Below the pieces are notes generated by a model. It saw nothing but the letters and a program-made list of their open reading frames with translations, did not search any database and had not been told where the DNA came from. Both the position numbers and the translations under genes were made by a program. Positions 28,763-37,371 of a DNA stretch of 64,000 nucleotides are shown one piece after another; position 1 is the first letter of the stretch, and each line of letters starts with the position of its first letter. Source of the DNA: Promethearchaeia archaeon (lineage in GTDB: Archaea > Asgardarchaeota > Lokiarchaeia > Sigyniarchaeales > SOKP01); NCBI GenBank assembly GCA_029856125.1, contig JAHQWJ010000080.1, forward strand, positions 32,001 through 96,000, read 5' to 3'.

Positions 28763-29487
28763 TACTCTTCACCCTGATTTATTATTTTTACTCCCGATTC
28801 TATGAAATTTCTATCTTGACGCATTTGTACTCGATTTAGAAGAGAAATTACATTTTTAGAGAAACAATTTTTAGCTCGCAGCATTGAAATGCCTAAAAGG
28901 GTATGACAAACGCTAATTAAAGCTCGAGGATGTCGTATTGAATAAAGATCGTCAAAATTTCCGCTTATGATATAGTTTGCATTTAATTTATTAGCGAGTT
29001 GTACGCCTCGGTAAAGATTTCTTAGATTTTTGGACTGTAATGATTTATTTTTTACCATTATTGAAGCGAGCGAAAATTCGATAAACGACTTATTCTGTTT
29101 GGTAAGAGAAATTACACCTGGAAAAATCGTTTTGAGTACAGCCTGCTCTGAAAACGAGATTAAGTCCACTCTGGAATCTTTAGCAGCCTGAATTTGAATT
29201 TTTTTATCTGGAGATTCAACCACTATAATGTTGGATGATTGTCCAATTCCTTTGAGTTTCTTAATTAGGCTTTCTAGATTTTTTGGATTAATATTAGTAC
29301 GATATTTAACATTTATATTTGTGATCTCTTCTATTCTTCTTTTTAAATCTGGTTGTATTTTTTCTCTATTATTTTCAAGCTCTACAATCACATTTTGAAC
29401 CCCTAATAATTTACAAAAATGTAACTTCTGCTCAATTTCCTTGAAGTTGTTAGTTTTTACCCTTAACCTTGATTCAAAATATGACAA
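28762..29487 (-). CDS. rnp3: RNase P protein Rpp30
   Basis: AAKDSRVDLI, FIEFSL, IISGN...IRHPRALISV; adjacent to pop5. Confidence 0.88.
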   Translation of the reverse strand: MSYFESRLRVKTNNFKEIEQKLHFCKLLGVQNVIVELENNREKIQPDLKRRIEEITNINVKYRTNINPKNLESLIKKLKGIGQSSNIIVVESPDKKIQIQAAKDSRVDLISFSEQAVLKTIFPGVISLTKQNKSFIEFSLASIMVKNKSLQSKNLRNLYRGVQLANKLNANYIISGNFDDLYSIRHPRALISVCHTLLGISMLRAKNCFSKNVISLLNRVQMRQDRNFIESGVKIINQGEE

Positions 29488-29607
29488 TCAGATCTTAACC
29501 TCTAATTTCAGATCGGGATTTATCTGTAGCGTTTTCGATGTTTTAAGTGTTCTTAAATAAAAAAAAATTTATTAGAATAAATATTTTACATGTTATATAT
29601 GTTATAA

Positions 29608-30906
29608 GTGGTTCTATTGGCTAATAAACGAAAGCTTTCTGATATAAAGAAAAAAATTCATAACGGCAATGCAAATGTTCTTACTGCTCAGGAATTTATC
29701 AGTCGCATTGAAAAGGGAGAAAACTTTAAGTTTGAAGACATTGATGTGATTACGACCGCCACTAAAGGTCTAATGAGTGGAATTATGGGGGTATTTTCCT
29801 TTAGATTAGCACCCCCAAAAACCTTAAGAAAATTTACTGAAATCACCCTAAACGGAATCTCAGCTTTTCCTGGACCGTGCCCCAATGAGTATTTAGGAAT
29901 TGCTGATCTAATTGTTTACGGTACTGCTCAAAGTCATTCAAGAGAAAATTATTGTGGAGGATCCTTGTTTAGAGAACTAGTGGAAGGAAAACCCATCTCC
30001 ATCCATGCTAAAAGCAGTGAGGGAAATATTATCGATATGGATTTAACATTAAAAGAGATGCAATTTGCAAAACTTATGGGGACTCGTCAAGCGATAAAAA
30101 ATTACAATGCGATGCTTAACTGCGAAACATTTCAAGTAGATACTATATTTTCTTGTCTTCCTTTTGAACCTAATAAGTCAGAATTAACATTTTCTGGCTG
30201 TGGTGCTCTAAATCCTTTTCAAAACGATCCTAATTTCCGGACTTTTGGAGTGGGATCCCCACTCTTAGTTAATGGAGCTCAAGGGTATTTGATGGGACCA
30301 GGAACGCGAAATTATATCGCAAAACCTAATATGATGACAATCGCCCCCATGGATCAAATGAAGCCGGAATATTTGGGAGCTTTTAAAACTTCTTATGGAT
30401 TAGAACCCATATGCTCAATAGCTATTCCCATACCTATATTAACCGACAAAATTTTTGATGACATTGTCAAATCAGACAAAGATGTTAATTTAACGATTTT
30501 AAGTCTCGTAGGACGTGAAAAAGTTGGAGAGATCACTTATGCAGATGTATGGGATAATAATTTCGTAATGAAGTTTAACCCTAAAGCGTGTAGTAAAGGA
30601 TATAAGTGTAAAGTTATAGACAACTGCCCTACAAATGCTTTTATTATAAGAGAGGGATTAATCTCAGCAATTGATAGAGCTAGATGTTTTAATTGCGGAA
30701 ATTGTGCGAAGTTATGTCCCGACGCTTTTAGTATGGACTTAAAATCAATTCAGTATGAAGGAAAGGAAATTCCCGTTGTTTTAAGGCAATCTGATAGGGC
30801 AGGAGCTATCATGCTAGCTGAGGAACTTAAACAACAGATTCTAAAAGAGGAATTTCAGTTAAAAAAGCCAACTGGAATGCTAGATTTTGCTGAAAAATTA
30901 AAATAG
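29608..30906 (+). CDS. Methanogenesis marker 16-like metalloprotein (DUF39 domain plus C-terminal ferredoxin)
   Basis: DIDVITTAT.GLMSG, LNGISAFPGPCPNE.LG, TFSGCGALNPFQNDP, YADVW, CFNCGNCAKLCP, LRQSDR. Confidence 0.85.
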   Translation: MVLLANKRKLSDIKKKIHNGNANVLTAQEFISRIEKGENFKFEDIDVITTATKGLMSGIMGVFSFRLAPPKTLRKFTEITLNGISAFPGPCPNEYLGIADLIVYGTAQSHSRENYCGGSLFRELVEGKPISIHAKSSEGNIIDMDLTLKEMQFAKLMGTRQAIKNYNAMLNCETFQVDTIFSCLPFEPNKSELTFSGCGALNPFQNDPNFRTFGVGSPLLVNGAQGYLMGPGTRNYIAKPNMMTIAPMDQMKPEYLGAFKTSYGLEPICSIAIPIPILTDKIFDDIVKSDKDVNLTILSLVGREKVGEITYADVWDNNFVMKFNPKACSKGYKCKVIDNCPTNAFIIREGLISAIDRARCFNCGNCAKLCPDAFSMDLKSIQYEGKEIPVVLRQSDRAGAIMLAEELKQQILKEEFQLKKPTGMLDFAEKLK

Positions 30907-30936
30907 CATCAAATCGAGATTAAAGGTGAATTCTAA

Positions 30937-31380
30937 ACGACTGATATCAAATTAGATAAATTTGATCAAATTGGGATTGTAGTTAATAATATTGAAAAAG
31001 CGGCTCAAATGTATCGAAAGCTTTTTAACTTTAAAGGGAACATAAATATCGTTGAACAGAGCGCAACCGTTAACTACAAGGGAAAAGATGTGACCTTTAA
31101 CATGAAAAAAATTATGCAGTTCTTTGGAGGCAAACAATTTGAAATCGTTGAAGTAGTTGATGCAACTGGTCCCAATCTTTACTCGGAGTTTATAGCAGAG
31201 GGAAATACTGGCTTACACCACTTAGGTATTTACACAAAAAACGCTGAAGAATTAATTGAACAATTTAAACAACAATTTGATGTGGAAACCGCTCAAGTGG
31301 GAAAATTGGGTAAGTTAACTTTTACTTACTTAGACACTAAAGAGATTCTAGGATATTACATTGAAATCCTTGAGTTTTAA
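30937..31380 (+). CDS. VOC/glyoxalase family protein (methylmalonyl-CoA epimerase-like)
   Basis: DQIGIVVNNIEKA (upstream of the ORF-track ATG), QFEIVE, GLHHLG, YLDT..LGYYIEI; inferred start ACG 30937, immediately after an in-frame TAA. Confidence 0.88.
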   Translation, partial: TTDIKLDKFDQIGIVVNNIEKAAQMYRKLFNFKGNINIVEQSATVNYKGKDVTFNMKKIMQFFGGKQFEIVEVVDATGPNLYSEFIAEGNTGLHHLGIYTKNAEELIEQFKQQFDVETAQVGKLGKLTFTYLDTKEILGYYIEILEF

Positions 31381-31445
31381 CATTAAACTATTGGTTTCTG
31401 TTCTTATGTAATAAAGTTTATTTTTAATTTATAATACTTTAATTT

Positions 31446-33188
31446 ATGTCAAAACAAAATACTAATCCGTTAGACGGGGGAGATTTGGTTGTGAAAAGCC
31501 TCCTTAAAGAGGGAATCACTAAAATTTTCGGTCTCGTTGGCGGAGAATTATTAAGGATTTATGACGCTATAGAACGATATGGTCGAGAAGAGGGCATAGA
31601 TACTGTAATGGTTCGCCATGAACAAGCGGCTGGACACATGGCAGACGCTTGGGCGCGCGCTACAGGGAAATTAGGTGTTTGTTTAGGGACTGCGGGGCCT
31701 GGCGTTACTCATCTTGTGCCAGCTGTGGCTACGGCGTGGGCAGATTCAATCCCACTTCTTGTTATTGGAGCTCAGATAGGAAGGATGTTTGATGATACGG
31801 GTATTCTCCAGGGAGGCTTAGATCAAATGAAATTAATGGAGCCGATTACAAAAGCGCAGATATCAGTTGAAGAACCTTACGAAATTCCAAGAGCAGTACA
31901 AAGAGCTATTAAAGTTGCGATGTCAGGTCGAAGAGGTCCTGTTTTTCTAGAATTTCGAGAAACCGCTCTTGTTAGAAAAGCTTCAGAGGATGACCTTAAG
32001 AACATTTTAGAGCCTGAGCAATATAGACCCATTTATAGGCCAGTAGGAAATCCAGATGCGATTAAGGCTGCTATAGAAATTTTAAAAACTGCAAAAAATC
32101 CATTAATCGTTGCGGGAGGAGGAATTCACGCTTCAGATGCGTCTACCGAGCTTAAAAAATTATCTACAACATACAAAATTCCGTGTGGAACAAGCATAAA
32201 CGGTGTTGGTGCTATTGATATTCGTAGTGAAACATATGTTGGGTCGTATCTAGTTGCAAACGCATATCGAAAGGCAGTATCAGAAGCCGATGTGGTTATA
32301 TCGTTCGGTGCTAAATGGGATTATACAATCTTGTTCGGAGCTCCACCCATTTGGAACCCAAACGCGAAGATTATTCAAAACGATATCGACCCAGAAATGA
32401 TCGGTCGAAATAGAAAAGTTTCTGTTGCTATTATTGGCGACGCTAAGGTCGTAATAAATCAGTTACTAGCAGAAATGGAACAAGCACTCCCTAAAGAAAA
32501 AATTTCTGAATGGTCTGAATGGAATTCTTATCTATCAGATCTCAAAAAAAATGACGCTTTAGCTATTCAAAAATTAATGAAATATGATAAGTTGCCTATG
32601 AAACCAGAAAGATTTGCATATGAAGTGTTGGATTCATTAAAACACGATTCTCAACTAGTAATTGATGGTGGCGATATAGCCGTCTTCACTTTTGGGTTAA
32701 TCAGTAACTTCCCTCGCGATCCAAGAACGCTATATTTCCCATTAACGATGGGACATCTAGGTACGGGTATTCCTCACGCAATAGGTGCCCAAATAGCTAA
32801 TCCAGATAAACAAGTTGTTTGCATTAACGGAGATGGTAGTTTTATGTTCAACATTCAGGAGCTTGATACGGCAGTTCGACTAAATTTACCCATCATTATT
32901 ATTATTGCTAATAATTGCGCGTGGGGCATGATAAAAAGCAAGCAAAAAGGGGAATTTAAGAAAAGATATTGCGATGTAGATTTACCGCCAACCAATTATG
33001 CAGAAATAGCAAAAGGTTTCGGTTGTTACGGCGAAAAGATAGAAAAACCAGAGGATATTAAGCCTGCTATACAAAGAGCAATAGAATCTAAAAAACCAGC
33101 CGTTCTAGATGTAGATATCGCTTTTGAAACGCCCATTGCGATGAAAGTAATCGGAAATCTTAAGAAAAACCGTGGATTATATGGTTAA
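31446..33188 (+). CDS. Thiamine-diphosphate enzyme, acetolactate synthase-like / 2-hydroxyacyl-CoA lyase (ILVBL-type)
   Basis: RHEQAAGHMADAWAR, TAGPG, IDGGD, GDGSFMF...NNCAWGMI. Confidence 0.9.
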   Translation: MSKQNTNPLDGGDLVVKSLLKEGITKIFGLVGGELLRIYDAIERYGREEGIDTVMVRHEQAAGHMADAWARATGKLGVCLGTAGPGVTHLVPAVATAWADSIPLLVIGAQIGRMFDDTGILQGGLDQMKLMEPITKAQISVEEPYEIPRAVQRAIKVAMSGRRGPVFLEFRETALVRKASEDDLKNILEPEQYRPIYRPVGNPDAIKAAIEILKTAKNPLIVAGGGIHASDASTELKKLSTTYKIPCGTSINGVGAIDIRSETYVGSYLVANAYRKAVSEADVVISFGAKWDYTILFGAPPIWNPNAKIIQNDIDPEMIGRNRKVSVAIIGDAKVVINQLLAEMEQALPKEKISEWSEWNSYLSDLKKNDALAIQKLMKYDKLPMKPERFAYEVLDSLKHDSQLVIDGGDIAVFTFGLISNFPRDPRTLYFPLTMGHLGTGIPHAIGAQIANPDKQVVCINGDGSFMFNIQELDTAVRLNLPIIIIIANNCAWGMIKSKQKGEFKKRYCDVDLPPTNYAEIAKGFGCYGEKIEKPEDIKPAIQRAIESKKPAVLDVDIAFETPIAMKVIGNLKKNRGLYG

Positions 33189-33324
33189 TCTTCTTATATT
33201 CAATTTTCTTAACTCCTTTTTTAATTTTTTATGATTTTTAAATAACATTTAATTCAATGTAGAATAAGGTTAATCTAAAAAACGCTTATAAATTAAATTC
33301 CATAATTCTAAGAGGTAGTATAAA

Positions 33325-34131
33325 CTGTCAGATAATAAATTTTTAAACGGAAAAGTATCTTTAATTACAGGGGCTGGTAGTGGGTTTGGGAGAGAAATGG
33401 CCATAGCTTTTGCTAAAAATGGATCTTCTCTTGTCTTGAACGATATAAATATGGCTGGTCTTGAAGACACGCGTGATTTAATTTTAAAAAACTTTCCTTC
33501 TACATCAATCCTCTTGGCTCAAGCTGACATTTCGAAGATCCAAGAAGTAGAAAGAATGAAAAAGCAAGTATTTGAAAAATTTGATAATGTTTTTATACTG
33601 GTAAACAATGCCGGAATTGACGGAGGTGCTTACAAATCATTATCTGCGTCAGAAGAAATCTATGATAAAGTAATGGGTGTCAATGCTAAAGGAACTTGGA
33701 ATGTAACTAAAACTTTCTTCAGAAAAATGAAAAGCCAAAGGCATTTTCAACCAATTCGAGCTAAAATCATTAATATTGCCAGTTGTGCTGGGACTGCTAA
33801 TGGAATCAACCCAATGTTAGGCATATATAGTGCTAGTAAAGCAACAGTTATCGCCTTCACAAAATTATGGGCTCTAGAGCTCGGCCCTGTTGATATAACA
33901 GTTAATGCAATCTCCCCGGGTGTTTTTCTTACACCTATATATGATAACGATCCGGTTAAAATACGACAGTTTTTAGAAACGAGAGGGGTTAAACTTCCAT
34001 TGGATAGAATTGGAGAATCTAAATGGGTAGCTGACTTAGCAGTATTTTTAGCATCTCCAACAGCTGATTACATCTCTGGACAAAACCTAATTATTGATGG
34101 TGGAATGACAGTTTCAATAAATAAGCTATAA
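33325..34131 (+). CDS. Short-chain dehydrogenase/reductase
   Basis: TGAGSGFG cofactor motif lies upstream of the ORF-track ATG; NNAG, YSASK, VNAISPG, DGG; inferred start CTG 33325 after GAGGT. Confidence 0.93.
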   Translation: MSDNKFLNGKVSLITGAGSGFGREMAIAFAKNGSSLVLNDINMAGLEDTRDLILKNFPSTSILLAQADISKIQEVERMKKQVFEKFDNVFILVNNAGIDGGAYKSLSASEEIYDKVMGVNAKGTWNVTKTFFRKMKSQRHFQPIRAKIINIASCAGTANGINPMLGIYSASKATVIAFTKLWALELGPVDITVNAISPGVFLTPIYDNDPVKIRQFLETRGVKLPLDRIGESKWVADLAVFLASPTADYISGQNLIIDGGMTVSINKL

Positions 34132-34244
34132 TAATCCTCTTATACTTTATAAAGAACAAGAAAGTTTTAATTAAAAAAGAAAGAAAAATAAGTGGTGGTT
34201 TTATTAAGAGTATCAATTATAACACTCTTATAAATATCACCAGT

Positions 34245-34274
34245 TTAGGGTACAGCACCAGGATGGCCAGGCAT
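34245..34274 (-). CDS. Putative 9-aa micro-ORF MPGHPGAVP
   Basis: GGAGTGA SD 5 nt upstream of ATG, TTTTATAT TATA-like box further upstream, GC-rich codons in an AT-rich spacer, downstream hairpin and T-tracts. Confidence 0.45.
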   Translation of the reverse strand: MPGHPGAVP

Positions 34275-34460
34275 TTTAATCACTCCTTTCAATATTTGAA
34301 AAAATATTTACTCTATTTTTATTTTCGATATAAAAGTGAAATTCAGTTCCCGTTCTTTCTTCACTTATTAGTTCTTCTTAAAATAATTATTTAAACTACG
34401 AAATTAGTACTTAAAAAATTTTTAATAGAAATTTTTGGCAAATTTTTTGGTGTAAGATTG

Positions 34461-35672
34461 TTAAACTAAATCAGAAGGTAAGATCGGATTAATCAAAAGA
34501 TATCGAAAATCTTTAACAGAGGGGAATTCTCCATATTTATTTTTAATGATATTCATTCCGAGGTTATATGTGAAAACATTTTTTGAATATATTGGATCAT
34601 TGAGGCTTTTTATTTGATTTCTTAGGCTAGCTTCACCATAAATCTCAAAATCTTTTCCATATCTAATCAATTCCTCCTCGGTGTAATTATCAATAAGAGC
34701 GTGATAAGCAAAATTATACCAAAAAAGCGTAAGCTTATACCTTACTCTATTTTGCGCAATCATGGCGTCTAGGGAATCTTCTTTTGAAACATCCGGACAA
34801 AACTCGTTTAATCCAATTTCAACTTGTTCTCGATAAGAATAAAGCACATTTATAGCAAGATCTGCTATTCCTTCACTGATTATTAATTTAGGAGAATTAA
34901 GGAGTAAAATTGAGTGTTCGAATTGATTTAATTCCCGATACAATATCAGTTCTTTGACAGAAAATTCCGTATGATGTCCCGGATATCCTTCATGAGCAGT
35001 ATGCATTAGTAAAGTAGTCCAGTACATATTAAATTTCGGATTAAGTTCTAATCGGCTATTATAGTTACCCAAATACCATTCATAGCAAGTCCATTTTATC
35101 TTGTCTTCGTTTTTTTCTTGTGTTAAATCTAACAAAATTTGCTCATTTTCAGGTAAAAGATTTATAAACAACTCCTTTGTTCGCTTCTCTGTGATTTTAA
35201 GTGCTCTTTTAAAAAATTTAAAAACTTTTTCCTCAGGAACTCTACGTTTTAACCTTAATTTTTCGAATCGTTCTTCTAGGCTTCCAGTACCACCGTAAGC
35301 TTCGTTTACTTCTTCCTTTAAATTCTCCAACTCTACCTCTTTAACTGGGTGTAAAACTATATCATATAGGTGTAACAATTGTTCCTCAATAGAAATATTA
35401 TCCTGGTTTAAATTATCTAATGTTGTCCACATAGCAATTAACATCTTTTCTAAGTAGCGCTCGCGTTCTTTATTGAAGCTCTGTGAGTCTAATTTTTCGA
35501 GTAATGATTTAGAGTCGATTAACAGTTTTTTTGGAGAAATAATGGATTCGTTTTCAACAACTTGCTGAAATTTTTCTGGACCGTAATAAAAATCAACATA
35601 TCCTTTGATATGTTTATTGATGCGGAGCGCAAGAAGTAAAAAATCTTCACCAAACTTTGATAATTTTTTCAT
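34461..35672 (-). CDS. DUF885-like zincin metallopeptidase
   Basis: AHEGYPGHHTE and a downstream SEGIA third-ligand motif; YNLG near the C-terminus. Confidence 0.75.
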   Translation of the reverse strand: MKKLSKFGEDFLLLALRINKHIKGYVDFYYGPEKFQQVVENESIISPKKLLIDSKSLLEKLDSQSFNKERERYLEKMLIAMWTTLDNLNQDNISIEEQLLHLYDIVLHPVKEVELENLKEEVNEAYGGTGSLEERFEKLRLKRRVPEEKVFKFFKRALKITEKRTKELFINLLPENEQILLDLTQEKNEDKIKWTCYEWYLGNYNSRLELNPKFNMYWTTLLMHTAHEGYPGHHTEFSVKELILYRELNQFEHSILLLNSPKLIISEGIADLAINVLYSYREQVEIGLNEFCPDVSKEDSLDAMIAQNRVRYKLTLFWYNFAYHALIDNYTEEELIRYGKDFEIYGEASLRNQIKSLNDPIYSKNVFTYNLGMNIIKNKYGEFPSVKDFRYLLINPILPSDLV

Positions 35673-35795
35673 TTTTTAACCAAATATGTAAAAAGTTGAT
35701 CATTTTACAAGTATTTCCAACTGTTTTTAATGTTTTTAAATAAAAATTATAATTATATTAATTCACTAATCATTTATGGTTCACATTAATAAGAA

Positions 35796-36944
35796 CTATG
35801 TAAAAAACTTAATTTTTGAATCTATAACTATTAAATCTGACTTAGGAGAAAACGGCTTAACAACCTTGGAGTTCAAAATTTCTTCGATATGCCATCCACT
35901 ACCTTTTAAATTAGTATTTAAATTTTCGATTCCTTTTTTGATTGGATTTGGTTTTTCGCAAAATTGATAGAAATGTAGTATTCCGCTTGATTTTTTCATC
36001 AAAAAGCAAGCAATATCAAGAAAATTAATAGATTGTTCTGGTAAATTCATTATAATTCTGTCGATTTTATTTTTTAAATAATTTCCTAATTTGTTATCGT
36101 GATTCAATAGCTTTTTAACATCCATATTATGAGCAATTACCTCTCCTTTCATTTTGTTATTTTCAATATTTTCAAGGAGGTATTTATAGGCAGATGGGTT
36201 AACATCGAAGGCATAAATTTTCGCATCGTTATTTTTTGCTATTTGAATCGAGAATGGGCCAACTCCCGTAAACATATCTACAACAGTTTCTTGTTTTTTG
36301 AAACTACTTGAACTTACACGCTTTCTTTCAAATACTAACCTGGGGGTGAAATAAGTTTTTTTTACATCTAATTTAAATAGGCAGCCGTTTTCTTTATGGA
36401 TCGTTTCTGGATTGTCATCACCATAGATAACTTTTAACTCTTTTAATCTATATCTTCCCTTCACTTCGCTTTTCTTCTCGTAAACTGTCTCCACTGATTT
36501 ATTTACGCTTACCAGCGCTTTAGCTACTTTTTTCTTATAAGATAAGACATTTTTATCGATAATTGTGTTTAGTTGGTCGAATTCAACAATCGCAATCTTT
36601 CCAATAATATCGTAAGATTTTGGAACCAATTCTAAAATATTTTTTGGTAATTCATCAATGAGAGCTTCTTCTATTGAGCGACATTTGTATCTTACTTCAA
36701 AAATTCCCTCAGCACTAACTATATTAAAATTTATCTGATTTGAAATCCCTCCGATTAACGCTTTTACTTTTTCTGCATCATCAATTAGGGGAAAAAGCAC
36801 ATATGGACCCTCGTGTTTAACTTTAATTCTTCTATCGAGGAAGGGTTCATTATGTAATTTTATTTTTAGTAAATTGAGGAATTTCTCAGCAGAATCCTGT
36901 TTAATCTTTACAAATTGTGTTTGGTCCTTATTACTTCTACCCAT
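35796..36944 (-). CDS. trm5: tRNA (guanine-37-N1) methyltransferase Trm5 family
   Basis: SYDIIGKIAI, HKENGC.F.LD, YFTPRL..ER, DMFTGVGPF, IMNLP. Confidence 0.9.
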   Translation of the reverse strand: MGRSNKDQTQFVKIKQDSAEKFLNLLKIKLHNEPFLDRRIKVKHEGPYVLFPLIDDAEKVKALIGGISNQINFNIVSAEGIFEVRYKCRSIEEALIDELPKNILELVPKSYDIIGKIAIVEFDQLNTIIDKNVLSYKKKVAKALVSVNKSVETVYEKKSEVKGRYRLKELKVIYGDDNPETIHKENGCLFKLDVKKTYFTPRLVFERKRVSSSSFKKQETVVDMFTGVGPFSIQIAKNNDAKIYAFDVNPSAYKYLLENIENNKMKGEVIAHNMDVKKLLNHDNKLGNYLKNKIDRIIMNLPEQSINFLDIACFLMKKSSGILHFYQFCEKPNPIKKGIENLNTNLKGSGWHIEEILNSKVVKPFSPKSDLIVIDSKIKFFT

Positions 36945-37368
36945 TTACATCATTAACTTTAAAAATAATTGAAAATCGTTCCTTGGAATTGGTTAAATTC
37001 TTAATAATATTTCTGTCCAGTTCGCTTGAGGATTTAGAACATTTTATTAAAATCGTTCTGTTGCATATAAAATCACTTTTTCGAAAAACTATGTCTTTTT
37101 TACTAAGTAAGGTTAAATTTTTATCGCCAAAACCATAGAAAGAATCAATATCATCCCCCGTTTTTATAATAACTGTGATTTTTTCTCCCTCTATGATCTT
37201 TTTCTTTAGGAGCGGATTTAGATCGTAGCAAGCTTTTGATGCCCCTATTCCTAATATGCACGTTCCATTTCTCGTGAGATAAGTATCCTTAGTTAATTCA
37301 ATGGTCGTGGCATGGGTGCATTGAATTAGTTGGTGGCCTTTTGCGGTAATAGTATCTAATATAGTCAT
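36937..37368 (-). CDS. DUF371 family protein
   Basis: AKGH..I..THATTIELTKD.YLT.NG.CILGI, IVFRKSDF. Confidence 0.88.
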   Translation of the reverse strand: MTILDTITAKGHQLIQCTHATTIELTKDTYLTRNGTCILGIGASKACYDLNPLLKKKIIEGEKITVIIKTGDDIDSFYGFGDKNLTLLSKKDIVFRKSDFICNRTILIKCSKSSSELDRNIIKNLTNSKERFSIIFKVNDVNG

Positions 37369-37371
37369 ATC

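Noticed and set aside
30589-30630. Selenocysteine in the ferredoxin motif or elsewhere
   Set aside because: The codon is GGA, not TGA; I found no in-frame TGA with continuing homology and no SECIS-like element.
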